Source: a virus | Lineage: Duplodnaviria; Caudoviricetes | Direction: 5' to 3' (one strand) | Length of the DNA stretch: 24,496 bases | Virus record (IMG/VR): IMGVR_UViG_3300039216_000052 | Span: 1 to 24,496 of that record | Shown: positions 14,273 through 22,850 of the stretch, piece after piece | Layout: every line of letters starts with the position of its first letter | Numbering within the stretch: position 1 is the stretch's first letter | Translations under genes and position numbers: made by a program | Notes under the pieces: model-generated | Databases searched by the model: none | What the model was told of the DNA's origin: nothing | Seen by the model: the letters and a program-made list of their open reading frames with translations, nothing else

Positions 14273-16437
14273 TACTGATACAACCAACTGTTCTGGTCGT
14301 CCGACTCCATATCTTCCTGCTCGGCCTCATACTGCGCCATCGACTCCGCTGTGATCTCTTCTGGTGCTACCCCATCCTCGTGCATCCTGGCCGCCGTCCC
14401 CGTCCCGTCAAACACTGGGCTGTAGTCCGTTGACTGATAATCTGACGGAACCCGCCTCTTTCCCACCCCCTTCAGGTTCACCACCGCCGTCGCCCCTGAG
14501 TCCCTCACGATACTGCTGCCGATGTTCTTCCCCGAAACCCGCTCGGCCTCATGCTGCGAATTTGTCGTCTGAATGATTGTACCGAATCTGTCGAGGATCT
14601 TGAACTCGTTTTGTTGCTTAGTCGATTCCTGCTTGCTCCCGCCTGTCCCCTCGCGCATCTCGCGGTACTCGTTCTCGTGAGCGCAGTAAAGTGCAATGTG
14701 GATCGCCATCTGGAAATCATCATGAGCGCCGTCGCCCTCCGCACCATCCTCTGTGAAATCGTAGAACTCGTCGCACGTGAACTTGTCTGGAATATCGATC
14801 GAGTCATCGAGTAGGGTCTTAGACATTTTCGACATAAGTGCGCGTTTGGTCTTGTCGTTTGTCCAGAACCCCATGATGTCCGTCATCCAGTGGGTCATCT
14901 TGTCGAGGTGTTTATAGCGATAGATGTTCTCGTACTCGTACCCGCGAACCAACTTGTTGTTGGTGACCATGCCCATCGCGTTGACTTCCACGGCCGCTAG
15001 AGCTTCGTTATACATCCAGCAGATAGCAAGCACGACCTCTGCAAGCGATTCAGGATCGAGATACCCATGCCAGCAAGCTACTTGCTTATCTTGAGTCAAG
15101 TCACTCGTCTTGATAACTTGGCAGCAAGAATAATCTCCTCCGTCATTACCAAGACTCACATCCACACCTACGCAGTAAGTCGCTCCCGACTCTGCCTTTT
15201 CCCACACGTGAAACCTATTATGAGTCTTCGGATACTCTAACTCCTCGCCGGCTTGCACCTCACGCATCTTCGCCCGCGGAACTCCAGCATTAAAGTCGTA
15301 ACTAATCTCTCCAACCCACTTCGGGTTGCGCGTCCTCTTCATCAACTTGTTAATAACTCCGAGCGGATATGCAGTCACAGCCGAGGTCTGGAAGCTCTCC
15401 TCTGCGTTCATGCTGTATTCCTGCCGGAACATTTTGTCGTCACCGTCAGTCGCCACGAAGTCGGCAATACGCTTCCGCCGCCAGTTGAACACCTCATTCT
15501 TGATGGTGTAATTCTCTTTTGCGAAAACCTGTTCCTTGATGAGTTGCTCTTCCTCGTTCAATACGAACTCGGTCCCCTTCGGGATCGGCAGAGAGTAAGT
15601 CTTCTCGCGCCGATAAAACGGAACGTAGATTGGGTCCCAATCGTTGTCTCCCGCCTCTGCCTTGCGCCAGAGGTTGTGCCATGCGTCATTACGTCCGTTC
15701 GGCGTGGAGATCATCACGTAGATGCCATCCAGTGCGTTGAACGTAGGGAATAGAGATTTCGTCAACTGAGTAGGATCGTTCCAGAACGCCAGTTCGTCAA
15801 GGTGCGCCCGGTTAAAGGTCTTACCGCGGCCCGCACCCGTAGGTTTGTTTCCGTTGTCTGCGTAGAGTCGAGTCTTCAGACCTGGGCGCGTGTAGCGAAG
15901 CACATCGTCCTTCTCGTCAAAGTCGATGAACTTACCCTTCTCCTTGTATCTAATTCTCGGACGCATCCACCAAGGTAACTCGTCGATGGCCGCAGCGTAC
16001 ATTTCAAGAATGTATGTGCTCTGGTCTGAGTCCTGAGCTACCACGATGGAGTTGATGTGCTCAGTGAAGATAGTGTTCGCAAAGATGTATCCTCCAACGA
16101 ACGTGCTTCCACCCATCTGACGAGCCTTGTCTACAATGGCCCTGACTCTCCCCTTCTGCTTGCGGCGCTTCTCGAACTCCTCGTACAGAATCTCCTGCGA
16201 GTCCCAGAAAGGATACAGCCCAGTGAAGCCGCGGTCTTCTGTTTTGATGGCGTAGTAGTTACTTAGAAAATATCTAGTGTTGGTTATGCAACTTAGTAAT
16301 TCATTATCGATCCATTCATTGTCGTCTTTTGATAAATACTCACGCGCTTTTATCTGATCCCCACCGTACTTTTGAAGGTGGAGGTCAAGGACTTCAATGA
16401 TTTCGTTGAGGTACGGGTTCTGCCTTTCGAGTGCCAT
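14272..16437 (-). CDS. terL: Terminase large subunit (721 aa)
   Basis: Walker A KARQMGGST, Walker B HLDELAFW, coupling motif ISTPNG, nuclease motifs VGVDVS, AVEVN and HDDFQMA. Confidence 0.95.
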   Translation of the reverse strand: MALERQNPYLNEIIEVLDLHLQKYGGDQIKAREYLSKDDNEWIDNELLSCITNTRYFLSNYYAIKTEDRGFTGLYPFWDSQEILYEEFEKRRKQKGRVRAIVDKARQMGGSTFVGGYIFANTIFTEHINSIVVAQDSDQSTYILEMYAAAIDELPWWMRPRIRYKEKGKFIDFDEKDDVLRYTRPGLKTRLYADNGNKPTGAGRGKTFNRAHLDELAFWNDPTQLTKSLFPTFNALDGIYVMISTPNGRNDAWHNLWRKAEAGDNDWDPIYVPFYRREKTYSLPIPKGTEFVLNEEEQLIKEQVFAKENYTIKNEVFNWRRKRIADFVATDGDDKMFRQEYSMNAEESFQTSAVTAYPLGVINKLMKRTRNPKWVGEISYDFNAGVPRAKMREVQAGEELEYPKTHNRFHVWEKAESGATYCVGVDVSLGNDGGDYSCCQVIKTSDLTQDKQVACWHGYLDPESLAEVVLAICWMYNEALAAVEVNAMGMVTNNKLVRGYEYENIYRYKHLDKMTHWMTDIMGFWTNDKTKRALMSKMSKTLLDDSIDIPDKFTCDEFYDFTEDGAEGDGAHDDFQMAIHIALYCAHENEYREMREGTGGSKQESTKQQNEFKILDRFGTIIQTTNSQHEAERVSGKNIGSSIVRDSGATAVVNLKGVGKRRVPSDYQSTDYSPVFDGTGTAARMHEDGVAPEEITAESMAQYEAEQEDMESDDQNSWLYQ

Positions 16438-17040
16438 TTACTCGTCCTCTTCGCTGTCCTCTTCGTCATCATCGTCGTCGTCTGGTGCATCGTCGCCGGC
16501 ATCAATATAATCGGGTACTGCCGCTGTTTCCGCCGGTAAGAGATTGTGGGCCTGCGCCTTCGCCCTCAGCCGCTTCATTCTTTCTTCAACGGTCTCCGCT
16601 GAACCCATCTGAACCGTAGGCTGGTTGTTGTTATTTACTTGAACCGCAACCCCCGGTCCCTTCGGCTGCAACCCCACAATCAAATCCCTCACCAACCGTG
16701 CGCCCTCAAGCCGCGTCGTCTTGTCCTCCACCGTCACGTACTCGTCTTTGCCCGTCTTCAGGTTCTTCTTCATCACAAGTTCCGTGGAGGTGAGCAAACC
16801 GTTGATCGTCTCCTTCGCCTGGGGGATCGTCGAGATGACAAGATCGCGGACTGCCAACTGCATCTGGCCCTCCGTGTTCTGTTGTTCGTACATCTCGATC
16901 GACTTGATCGACTCCATCACCGTCGCCAGCGAGACGTGTTCCGCCTTCGCTATCGCGGCCGGGTCCATCACCTTCGACTTGATGTAGCGCATCAGGTGAC
17001 GGGCGTCCGTCTTACCCCGCTTTGCGATTGCTTTACTCAT
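16438..17040 (-). CDS. Putative terminase small subunit (200 aa)
   Basis: Abuts terL. Start reassigned to ATG 17040. HTH-like PAAIAKAEHVSLATV, followed by AVQVNNNN and an acidic tail. Confidence 0.6.
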   Translation of the reverse strand: MSKAIAKRGKTDARHLMRYIKSKVMDPAAIAKAEHVSLATVMESIKSIEMYEQQNTEGQMQLAVRDLVISTIPQAKETINGLLTSTELVMKKNLKTGKDEYVTVEDKTTRLEGARLVRDLIVGLQPKGPGVAVQVNNNNQPTVQMGSAETVEERMKRLRAKAQAHNLLPAETAAVPDYIDAGDDAPDDDDDDEEDSEEDE

Positions 17041-17476
17041 GCATCTCTTCTTCCTCTGGCTGAATTTCTCCATCTTCCTGATAGCTCGCAAGTAGAGCAC
17101 GAAGTTTACTTGCTTCTTCAAGAGCAGCGTCTCTCTCTTCCTTAGCTTTACAGACAAATTCATGAAGGGAGACGTTTGTTTTTCTTAGGCTCTCGTAGTC
17201 AAGACGTGGAACAACATCTGATTCTTCGAGAACAACACCTTGATCTCGCATCAGTTCCCTCTTGGAGTCTTCTGGTAAAATGCGCCACTTCTCGTCAAGA
17301 ATCGAGCATATCTCCATTTGAAGGTCCGGGGATAGGAGCCTGAATTGTGTATACCGGGTACGCAATTGGACTAGAAGAGCGATTGTTTTTTTGTCGGTTG
17401 ATGTATCGGCTATCGGCGCGGATGGCTGGTAGCGCGAAGATAACCACACGACCAGTCTCTTGAATAGATTTTTCAT
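17033..17476 (-). CDS. Hypothetical protein (147 aa)
   Basis: GGAGGAGG SD. Coiled-coil C-terminus. Overlaps the next start. Confidence 0.7.
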   Translation of the reverse strand: MKNLFKRLVVWLSSRYQPSAPIADTSTDKKTIALLVQLRTRYTQFRLLSPDLQMEICSILDEKWRILPEDSKRELMRDQGVVLEESDVVPRLDYESLRKTNVSLHEFVCKAKEERDAALEEASKLRALLASYQEDGEIQPEEEEMHE

Positions 17477-17489
17477 TGAATCCTCCTCC

Positions 17490-17993
17490 TCATACGTTCG
17501 CTACCACTCCCGGCGGGTTCTCCATCGGGTCTGCTTCTGGTCCAGCCGCGTACCCTCGACCGCGGATCTCCTCGATACCCTCGATCTCAGCCAACTCCTC
17601 GTCAGGCGTGTCGATGATTTCCGTGTCGCTCTCCTCCGCGTCAGGAGCGTCTACGACCGCCACAAAGGGTTGCCACTGAGGGAACTGAGCCGCTGCGCCT
17701 GCCGGTGGCCGCTGCGGGGCCGCCGGCGCTCCCGGCTGGGCCTGTGCGCCTTCCGGTGGCGTCCCGCCAGTCATCACCGTCCGCAAGAACTCCAACTCCC
17801 CTGAGAACCGATGCAGCGCCTTGGCGACTTCCTGATTCGACTTCACCAACTGCGGTATACCCCTGAGAGCCGCCGTCAGGTCTTTGGCTGCCGACCACGC
17901 CTTCTGAGCCAACAGGAAAATACCGAAGGTCAAAGCGAGAGTCACCGCCCCTGCCAACATTCCAACCGTCAAAGTCGTCGCTTCACTCATCAC
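17490..17993 (-). CDS. Single-pass membrane protein with acidic C-terminus (167 aa)
   Basis: Hydrophobic LTVGMLAGAVTLALTFGIFLLA. GTGA overlap with the upstream stop. Confidence 0.7.
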   Translation of the reverse strand: MMSEATTLTVGMLAGAVTLALTFGIFLLAQKAWSAAKDLTAALRGIPQLVKSNQEVAKALHRFSGELEFLRTVMTGGTPPEGAQAQPGAPAAPQRPPAGAAAQFPQWQPFVAVVDAPDAEESDTEIIDTPDEELAEIEGIEEIRGRGYAAGPEADPMENPPGVVANV

Positions 17994-18259
17994 ACCCTCG
18001 CTTCAGGAACCGTGACCGTCGTCCCGTCCTTCCGAATGCCCTTCATCTCCGCGGCCACGTACACCCGCGTCTCGAAGAAGTAGGAGCAACCGCGCTCTTC
18101 GTTCTGGCACTCGTAGCGCAACGCCTCAACCCCGCGCCGGCCCATCTTCACCGTCATCACCAACGGGTTGCCACAGCCGCCACAAATAACCGTGCCGCCA
18201 TCAATGGGCGACTGCTCTGGAATGCTGCGCCTCGGTACTGCAATGTCCACTACTGCCAT
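17990..18259 (-). CDS. Zinc-ribbon protein (~89 aa)
   Basis: CGGCG...YECQNEERGC. Start set at ATG 18259 (GGAGG SD). Confidence 0.65.
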   Translation of the reverse strand: MAVVDIAVPRRSIPEQSPIDGGTVICGGCGNPLVMTVKMGRRGVEALRYECQNEERGCSYFFETRVYVAAEMKGIRKDGTTVTVPEARV

Positions 18260-18809
18260 GATTTCCTCCACACGGGAATTCAATCCCGCCTTGTTTGAAT
18301 GTGCGCTTCCACTGGTGGTATTGCTCCAACACCTTTGACTTATCCACCACGCTCGCCCGGTCCAGAAAGAACGTCCCTGAAAGATGGTCTATCTCGTGCT
18401 GAACCAACCGAGCATCCCAACCGCTGAACTGAAGATCCACCACCCGGTTCGGTTCCTCAATCGTACTCGATACTACGTGAATGAACTGCATCCGGGCCAC
18501 GTAACACTGGTTCCCTCCCGGTGGGCAACTTATACAACCCTCTGGATAATCTGTCTCCGATCCGTACATCCGTTCGATTTGAGGATTGATGAGAGTCATC
18601 CTCTTCCCGCCAGACAACTTCACTACTAACATCTGTAGGGGATAACCAATCTGCGGAGCCGCCAGTCCAGCTATCCCGTACTGATTGATAACCGTCAGCA
18701 TTGACTCTTCGATTTTCTGAAGATATTCTTGCTCTTCCGGGTTGACGATTTCGATTTCTGGGTACGTGGACTGTGAAACCATCTCGGACCCGTAGAAAAA
18801 GAGTTTCAT
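18201..18809 (-). CDS. def: Peptide deformylase (202 aa)
   Basis: All three PDF motifs are present: GLAAPQIG, EGCIS and QHEIDHLSG, plus LINP. Start set at ATG 18809. Confidence 0.93.
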   Translation of the reverse strand: MKLFFYGSEMVSQSTYPEIEIVNPEEQEYLQKIEESMLTVINQYGIAGLAAPQIGYPLQMLVVKLSGGKRMTLINPQIERMYGSETDYPEGCISCPPGGNQCYVARMQFIHVVSSTIEEPNRVVDLQFSGWDARLVQHEIDHLSGTFFLDRASVVDKSKVLEQYHQWKRTFKQGGIEFPCGGNHGSSGHCSTEAQHSRAVAH

Positions 18810-18811
18810 GC

Positions 18812-18943
18812 TTACCTGTCCGCCAAAAGATTTTGAAGCTCCCAAAACACAACCTTCAATGCCATCAGAGAACGGCGGTACTTTCCAAATCCACAGATCT
18901 CGTCCGCCCGTTCACGCCATGTGTCGCTCAGGTGTGCCTTCAT
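18812..18943 (-). CDS. Hypothetical protein (43 aa)
   Basis: Manual translation: MKAHLSDTWRERADEICGFGKYRRSLMALKVVFWELQNLLADR. ATGA overlap upstream, and its stop is 2 nt from the def start. Confidence 0.55.
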   Translation of the reverse strand: MKAHLSDTWRERADEICGFGKYRRSLMALKVVFWELQNLLADR

Positions 18944-19518
18944 TTTTCACCAGCCTTCTGGCCGCGGCGGTAGGCTTCGATTACTGATCTGTCGTGGTCC
19001 CCCGCTGAACGAGCGTTTGGCCACATCAAGTCTTTGACCTCATCCTTTGGAACTTCCGGCTCTTCCAGCTTCTGCTCCCGTGCTTTTTGCGCCGATGACT
19101 TCAAATGCTCAGCGAACTTCTCTGCTTGATCTGGGGTCCAACACGCGTTCTGCCTAATAAATGGGCCGGCAGTTACGAGTCCGTCGCGCCATCCTATCTC
19201 AACTTCGTTTTTGATAAATGAGCGTACCGCTTCTGGGTCCGGCGCGAGGAACATCCTGCGCTGACACATCACTGCAAAATCCTGTAACCTGTCTAGGTTC
19301 GTTCCGCGTAGACCTTGAAATTGAACCATCGAAAGTATGGACTCTACTTCGACGTGAGTCGGATACATAGGGTTCTCTAACCACCAGCGCAGAGCCGCTT
19401 CGATGGCACTAAACAAGCACTCGGTATCTGAAGCCTCTCGTAACGCTTTTGATGGGTCAAAGAAAGCGTGGCGAGCCTCCTTCAACATCCCTCTTGGTAC
19501 TACAATCTTGTTGCTCAT
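18940..19518 (-). CDS. Hypothetical protein (192 aa)
   Basis: ATGA-coupled ORF within the operon. Confidence 0.7.
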   Translation of the reverse strand: MSNKIVVPRGMLKEARHAFFDPSKALREASDTECLFSAIEAALRWWLENPMYPTHVEVESILSMVQFQGLRGTNLDRLQDFAVMCQRRMFLAPDPEAVRSFIKNEVEIGWRDGLVTAGPFIRQNACWTPDQAEKFAEHLKSSAQKAREQKLEEPEVPKDEVKDLMWPNARSAGDHDRSVIEAYRRGQKAGEK

Positions 19519-20141
19519 TGAATCATCCCCTTCGCCGCTTCTGCCGGCGTCACAATCCGACGCTGGGCCGCCTCTTGCATCCCCCGCATCAAAACCTCAA
19601 CAGCCTCCGGCATCGGCATCTCATGGAACTTCTTCAGCCGCTTCAGGTCCGACTCAAGCCACTTCCCCGGCGCCGACGCACTCATCATCGCCTCACCGTG
19701 GAACTTACACCTCCCGCGGTCGTCGCACGAGCAGGCCTTGAAACTGTCCAGCCGGTCCTTCGCCGCGGCCATGTAATCGTCGCCCACCTCCCACATCGGA
19801 GGCAATGCGTAGTTCGCGGTGAACAGCCTGTCGTCCGTCCGCAACCCGACCGCCTGGATCATCAACACCTGCTGGCCGCCGACCGGAAGAAAAACGGGGA
19901 GATACCCGACGCTCTTCCACGTCTGCACCTCCCCGCGCACTGTCTTCTTGAACTCGACCACCTTGTGCTCAGGGCCGCCGCCGCACTCCGCCGACACCCG
20001 GTTGATCTCCACCACGTCCCCGCCGGCCACAGCCGCCTCAAGAGCACCGCCCAGCCCAGCCGCAAAAACCTCTGGCTCCATCGGCGCCGCCGCTTCTGCC
20101 GCCGCCTTCTCTGCCCGCCTGTCCTTGATCTCGAATCCCAT
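19515..20141 (-). CDS. Hypothetical protein with Cys/His cluster (208 aa)
   Basis: GAGGAGG SD. Contains CSCDDRGRCKFH. Confidence 0.7.
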   Translation of the reverse strand: MGFEIKDRRAEKAAAEAAAPMEPEVFAAGLGGALEAAVAGGDVVEINRVSAECGGGPEHKVVEFKKTVRGEVQTWKSVGYLPVFLPVGGQQVLMIQAVGLRTDDRLFTANYALPPMWEVGDDYMAAAKDRLDSFKACSCDDRGRCKFHGEAMMSASAPGKWLESDLKRLKKFHEMPMPEAVEVLMRGMQEAAQRRIVTPAEAAKGMIQ

Positions 20142-20143
20142 GA

Positions 20144-20545
20144 TTACCTCCTCATCCCTCTCCGCGCCCTCACGAGCGCCTCTGCTACCGCGTCCAGGCT
20201 GTCTTCATGTAAACCTCTCAGCCATTTGTCTTCGTCCATTACCCTGCCCACGGCCGGATGATCCCGCCACGGAAACTCTTTTGTGTGAAGTAGTTCATGG
20301 ACAATCACAACTTCCAGATCGTGCCGGAAAACCGCAAGATCCCTTTCTGACCTATCTCTCGGGTTACGAAGAATAATCTTTTGCCTGTGCTTACTCGGTG
20401 CAACTTTGCAGGTTCCGAGTTGATCGTCACTCTCTCCGGGGTTATAAAGCATGATTTCAAAATCAATATGGTCAAGCCGCAACTCCCGTTGCCAGTACTC
20501 AAGATGCCCCCGCGCAGCCGCCAATTCCTGGTCTTCCATTCCCAT
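20144..20545 (-). CDS. HExxH zincin-like phage protein (133 aa)
   Basis: VIVHELLH motif with a downstream E (HEDSLD). Confidence 0.65.
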   Translation of the reverse strand: MGMEDQELAAARGHLEYWQRELRLDHIDFEIMLYNPGESDDQLGTCKVAPSKHRQKIILRNPRDRSERDLAVFRHDLEVVIVHELLHTKEFPWRDHPAVGRVMDEDKWLRGLHEDSLDAVAEALVRARRGMRR

Positions 20546-20547
20546 CC

Positions 20548-20826
20548 CTATAACCCCCTAATTTGATTGAACCCTAAAACCGCAAACACCCCGGCGTCCG
20601 CCAGGGCCATCGACTTCAGGATTTCTCTTGTCTTCCGCGCATATGCTTCCGACCGCTCCATCACCCGCTGCGCCATCCCCCGGCCCAGCACCGCACTCTC
20701 CTCCGGCCGCAACATGAACCGACCACCAACCGCGCCAGTCGCATACCGGCACACGTGAGTACACTGTGCGATAAGACTGTCCTCAGCCGCAATACCCTTT
20801 TCCAAATCCGTCGCGTATCCCTGCAT
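20548..20826 (-). CDS. Hypothetical protein (~92 aa)
   Basis: Start set at ATG 20826 (GGAGGGG SD). Its stop is 2 nt from the next start. Confidence 0.5.
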   Translation of the reverse strand: MQGYATDLEKGIAAEDSLIAQCTHVCRYATGAVGGRFMLRPEESAVLGRGMAQRVMERSEAYARKTREILKSMALADAGVFAVLGFNQIRGL

Positions 20827-21282
20827 TTCCCCTCCCCCTTTGCCCCTCTCATTCAACCTACACCCACATACTCCATTTACACAAGTCCCGCAACTCAAAA
20901 AGATTCAAAATATCAAAACTGTAAAATTGAACTCTTTTTATTCCACTTCCTATTCTGCCTACATCATGAAAATTGAAATTGCTTTTATGCTGATGGCGTT
21001 AGTCGCGCAGCGACAGGCGGGGGGCCACCCCCTTGCCACCACCTGTGCGCGTGACGTGGTGGGCGGGCGGTCGGCGCGTCGTCGTCGTGGCGCGGCGAGC
21101 GAGGGGCAGGGGCAGGGCGGGGGGGGCGGGGCAAAGCATAGCGCCACTGATGGCCGAGGGGGGCAGGGTGAAGGATCGGCGCGAAGATGGAGCATAGCCG
21201 GTGAAGGCGTGACTGGTCGCCTGTCGCTGGAGGCGTGGCCCGTCCTGCCGTGCCGTCTCTCCGCTCTTCTGCTGTCCTATGC

Positions 21283-21306
21283 CGTCTCATCTGTTACGCC
21301 TGTTAC
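21283..21306. repeat. Three 9-bp-period hexamers (CGTCTC, TGTTAC, TGTTAC)
   Basis: Start positions 21283, 21292 and 21301. Same motif and period as 23501-23560. Confidence 0.55.
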
Positions 21307-21522
21307 GTTCTACTCGTCTCTCCCTCTATAGGGTGCTTGCCTCTCCCTCCCTGCGGGGCTGGCGGCTGTCGCGCTGCATCGGTCGCCGATGGAAGCTGGC
21401 GCGGTCGCCTTGCCTCTGCCAAAACTGCCATGCCGTAGTACCTGCCGGGTGCCGTCGATGCGTCCTGGGTCATCCTACGCGGTCGATCTGAGCCGGTTTC
21501 GGTCCCTGGCCGGGGTCCGCCC

Positions 21523-21553
21523 AAAAGAATGCCCCCGTCCGAAGACAGGGGCA
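21523..21553 (-). terminator. Intrinsic terminator ending the early/accessory operon
   Basis: UGCCCCUGUC-UUCG-GACGGGGGCA followed by UUCUUUU. Confidence 0.85.
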
Positions 21554-21556
21554 AGG

Positions 21557-21572
21557 GTCCAAATTTTGGAGT
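21557..21572. promoter_or_regulatory. Palindromic site copy 3, GTCCAAATTTTGGAGT (inverted orientation)
   Basis: Exact reverse complement of ACTCCAAAATTTGGAC. Lies between the stop at 21576 and the terminator. Confidence 0.75.
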
Positions 21573-21575
21573 AGG

Positions 21576-22022
21576 TCAGGCGGTCGCGCTGCTCTCGACT
21601 ATCTGGCCTGCGCGATAGATGGTCCACTTGCTCAGGTGGTCATAGGCGATGCAGCCTCGCGCCTCGCCCCATGTCTCGAATGTGCCGTGGGCGCTGTCGT
21701 CGCTGTCGTCCATCACAAGGAAAGGCGCTGGCAGTTCCGGTGCGGGCTGCTCCATCTCCGCTATCATCGCCCGGTTTGCCGCTTTCGCCTCTTCCGTCAT
21801 CTCCGAGGTCTCGCAGTCCTGCCGGTCGCTGGCCTTCCTGTCTTCCCTCTCCCTCCCGCAATCAGCACAGGCGCAACCGTAGCCGTGTTTCTTCTCCTGC
21901 GGCTCTGGATGGTATTGCAGGATGGATGCCAGAGCGTCTAGTTCGTGGTCGTAGGGTGGCGCTAGTTGATGGTCGGTGAAGTACTGCCGCGCTGCTTGCC
22001 GTTGCCAACTTGTAAGTTCCAT
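21576..22022 (-). CDS. Hypothetical protein (148 aa)
   Basis: Start set at ATG 22022 (GGAGGAG SD). Contains an HGYGCACADC motif. Confidence 0.65.
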   Translation of the reverse strand: MELTSWQRQAARQYFTDHQLAPPYDHELDALASILQYHPEPQEKKHGYGCACADCGREREDRKASDRQDCETSEMTEEAKAANRAMIAEMEQPAPELPAPFLVMDDSDDSAHGTFETWGEARGCIAYDHLSKWTIYRAGQIVESSATA

Positions 22023-22081
22023 CTCATCTCCTCCCGGGGTTGCCGGTGAATTGATCTTCCCACCGTTGCGTACAGACAGCA

Positions 22082-22105
22082 AGACCCCACCCGAAGGTGA
22101 GGCCC
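22082..22105 (-). other. cUUCGg hairpin in intergenic region
   Basis: GGGCCUCACC-UUCG-GGUGGGGUCU. The G-U pairs favour a minus-strand RNA. Confidence 0.6.
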
Positions 22106-22123
22106 GCCGCGCTTCCTGTCGGC

Positions 22124-22312
22124 TCACTCGCAGCCGTAATGCACCATCGGCTTATGCTCCTGCCATAGGCGGCGGAAACGCCGCTCGTCGTCTTCCAGCG
22201 CCTCCTCCCTGGCGCGGTCCAGTACTCTACGGTCTACCACGGCACACATCCCCATGAGTGCCTGAGCCGTTGCGTTGCTCGTCTTCGTCAAAAGCCGTTC
22301 GATTCCCGTCAT
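22124..22312 (-). CDS. Hypothetical protein (62 aa)
   Basis: GAGGAGG SD. Confidence 0.6.
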   Translation of the reverse strand: MTGIERLLTKTSNATAQALMGMCAVVDRRVLDRAREEALEDDERRFRRLWQEHKPMVHYGCE

Positions 22313-22369
22313 TGTCTCGCCCTCCTCAGAGCGTCCTACGTTGTCGGCCTGATCCCGGTCAGGCTGCCG

Positions 22370-22573
22370 TTACCACCGTGCTGCGTGTAGGTCTTTGATC
22401 TCCTGCGCCGTCATCGGCTTGCCGCTGATCTCCCGCACGTAATCGGCGTATTGCTGTGCCTCCCGCCGTGCAAGTTCTCGCGCTTCCCGTCGACGGTCCA
22501 TGAAACCCACCGCGAAGGCTGGCGCTACCACCAGCAGAACCGCTGCCGCTATCAAAGCAAGGATTATTCCCAT
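22370..22573 (-). CDS. Small membrane protein (67 aa)
   Basis: N-terminal hydrophobic helix followed by RRR. GGGGGG SD. Confidence 0.65.
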   Translation of the reverse strand: MGIILALIAAAVLLVVAPAFAVGFMDRRREARELARREAQQYADYVREISGKPMTAQEIKDLHAARW

Positions 22574-22668
22574 TTGTTCCCCCCGTTCATCGTCTCAGCC
22601 GTGAGAATTACCGCCATGAACACCAGCGCGATAACCTCCGGCGCTGCCACTAGAATCCATCCAATCAT
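22564..22668 (-). CDS. Small hydrophobic peptide (34 aa)
   Basis: Manual translation: MIGWILVAAPEVIALVFMAVILTAETMNGGNKWE. ATGA overlap and a GGGAG SD. Confidence 0.55.
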   Translation of the reverse strand: MIGWILVAAPEVIALVFMAVILTAETMNGGNKWE

Positions 22669-22850
22669 TCTGTCTCCCTTCCCGCTGCCATCGTCCTGCC
22701 ATCAGTCGGCACGGTCGGCAAGCTGTCTTTACCGTCTCGATACTCCACCAGTTGAAAAGCTGGACCGGCGCCACACTTCCCGCACGCTGGAACCTGACCG
22801 CTGAAGCTCGTGCAGGTCGCCCGACACTCGATACAGCGGTACGCTACCAC
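22665..22850 (-). CDS. Small zinc-ribbon protein (~61 aa)
   Basis: YRCIEC...CGKCG. GTG 22850 lies beside the upstream stop; the start is uncertain. Confidence 0.55.
   Translation of the reverse strand: MVAYRCIECRATCTSFSGQVPACGKCGAGPAFQLVEYRDGKDSLPTVPTDGRTMAAGRETE

Noticed and set aside
17041-17163. Track start of putative terS at 17163
   Set aside because: It overlaps the 17033-17476 gene by 130 nt. ATG 17040 is coupled to that gene's stop.
17490-17993. Holin or spanin call for the membrane protein
   Set aside because: No endolysin is adjacent and there is no lipobox partner. One TM helix is not enough evidence.
20840-21554. ORFs across the G-rich junction (20840-21331, 20959-21195, 20985-21290, 21303-21554)
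   Set aside because: Their translations are low-complexity Pro/Arg/Gly products of G/C runs and lack SDs. One starts inside the terminator.
5196-21572. Palindrome copies as CRISPR repeats, att sites or IS ends
   Set aside because: The copies are kilobases apart with no spacers, there are three of them inside an intact operon, and no transposase or integrase is present.
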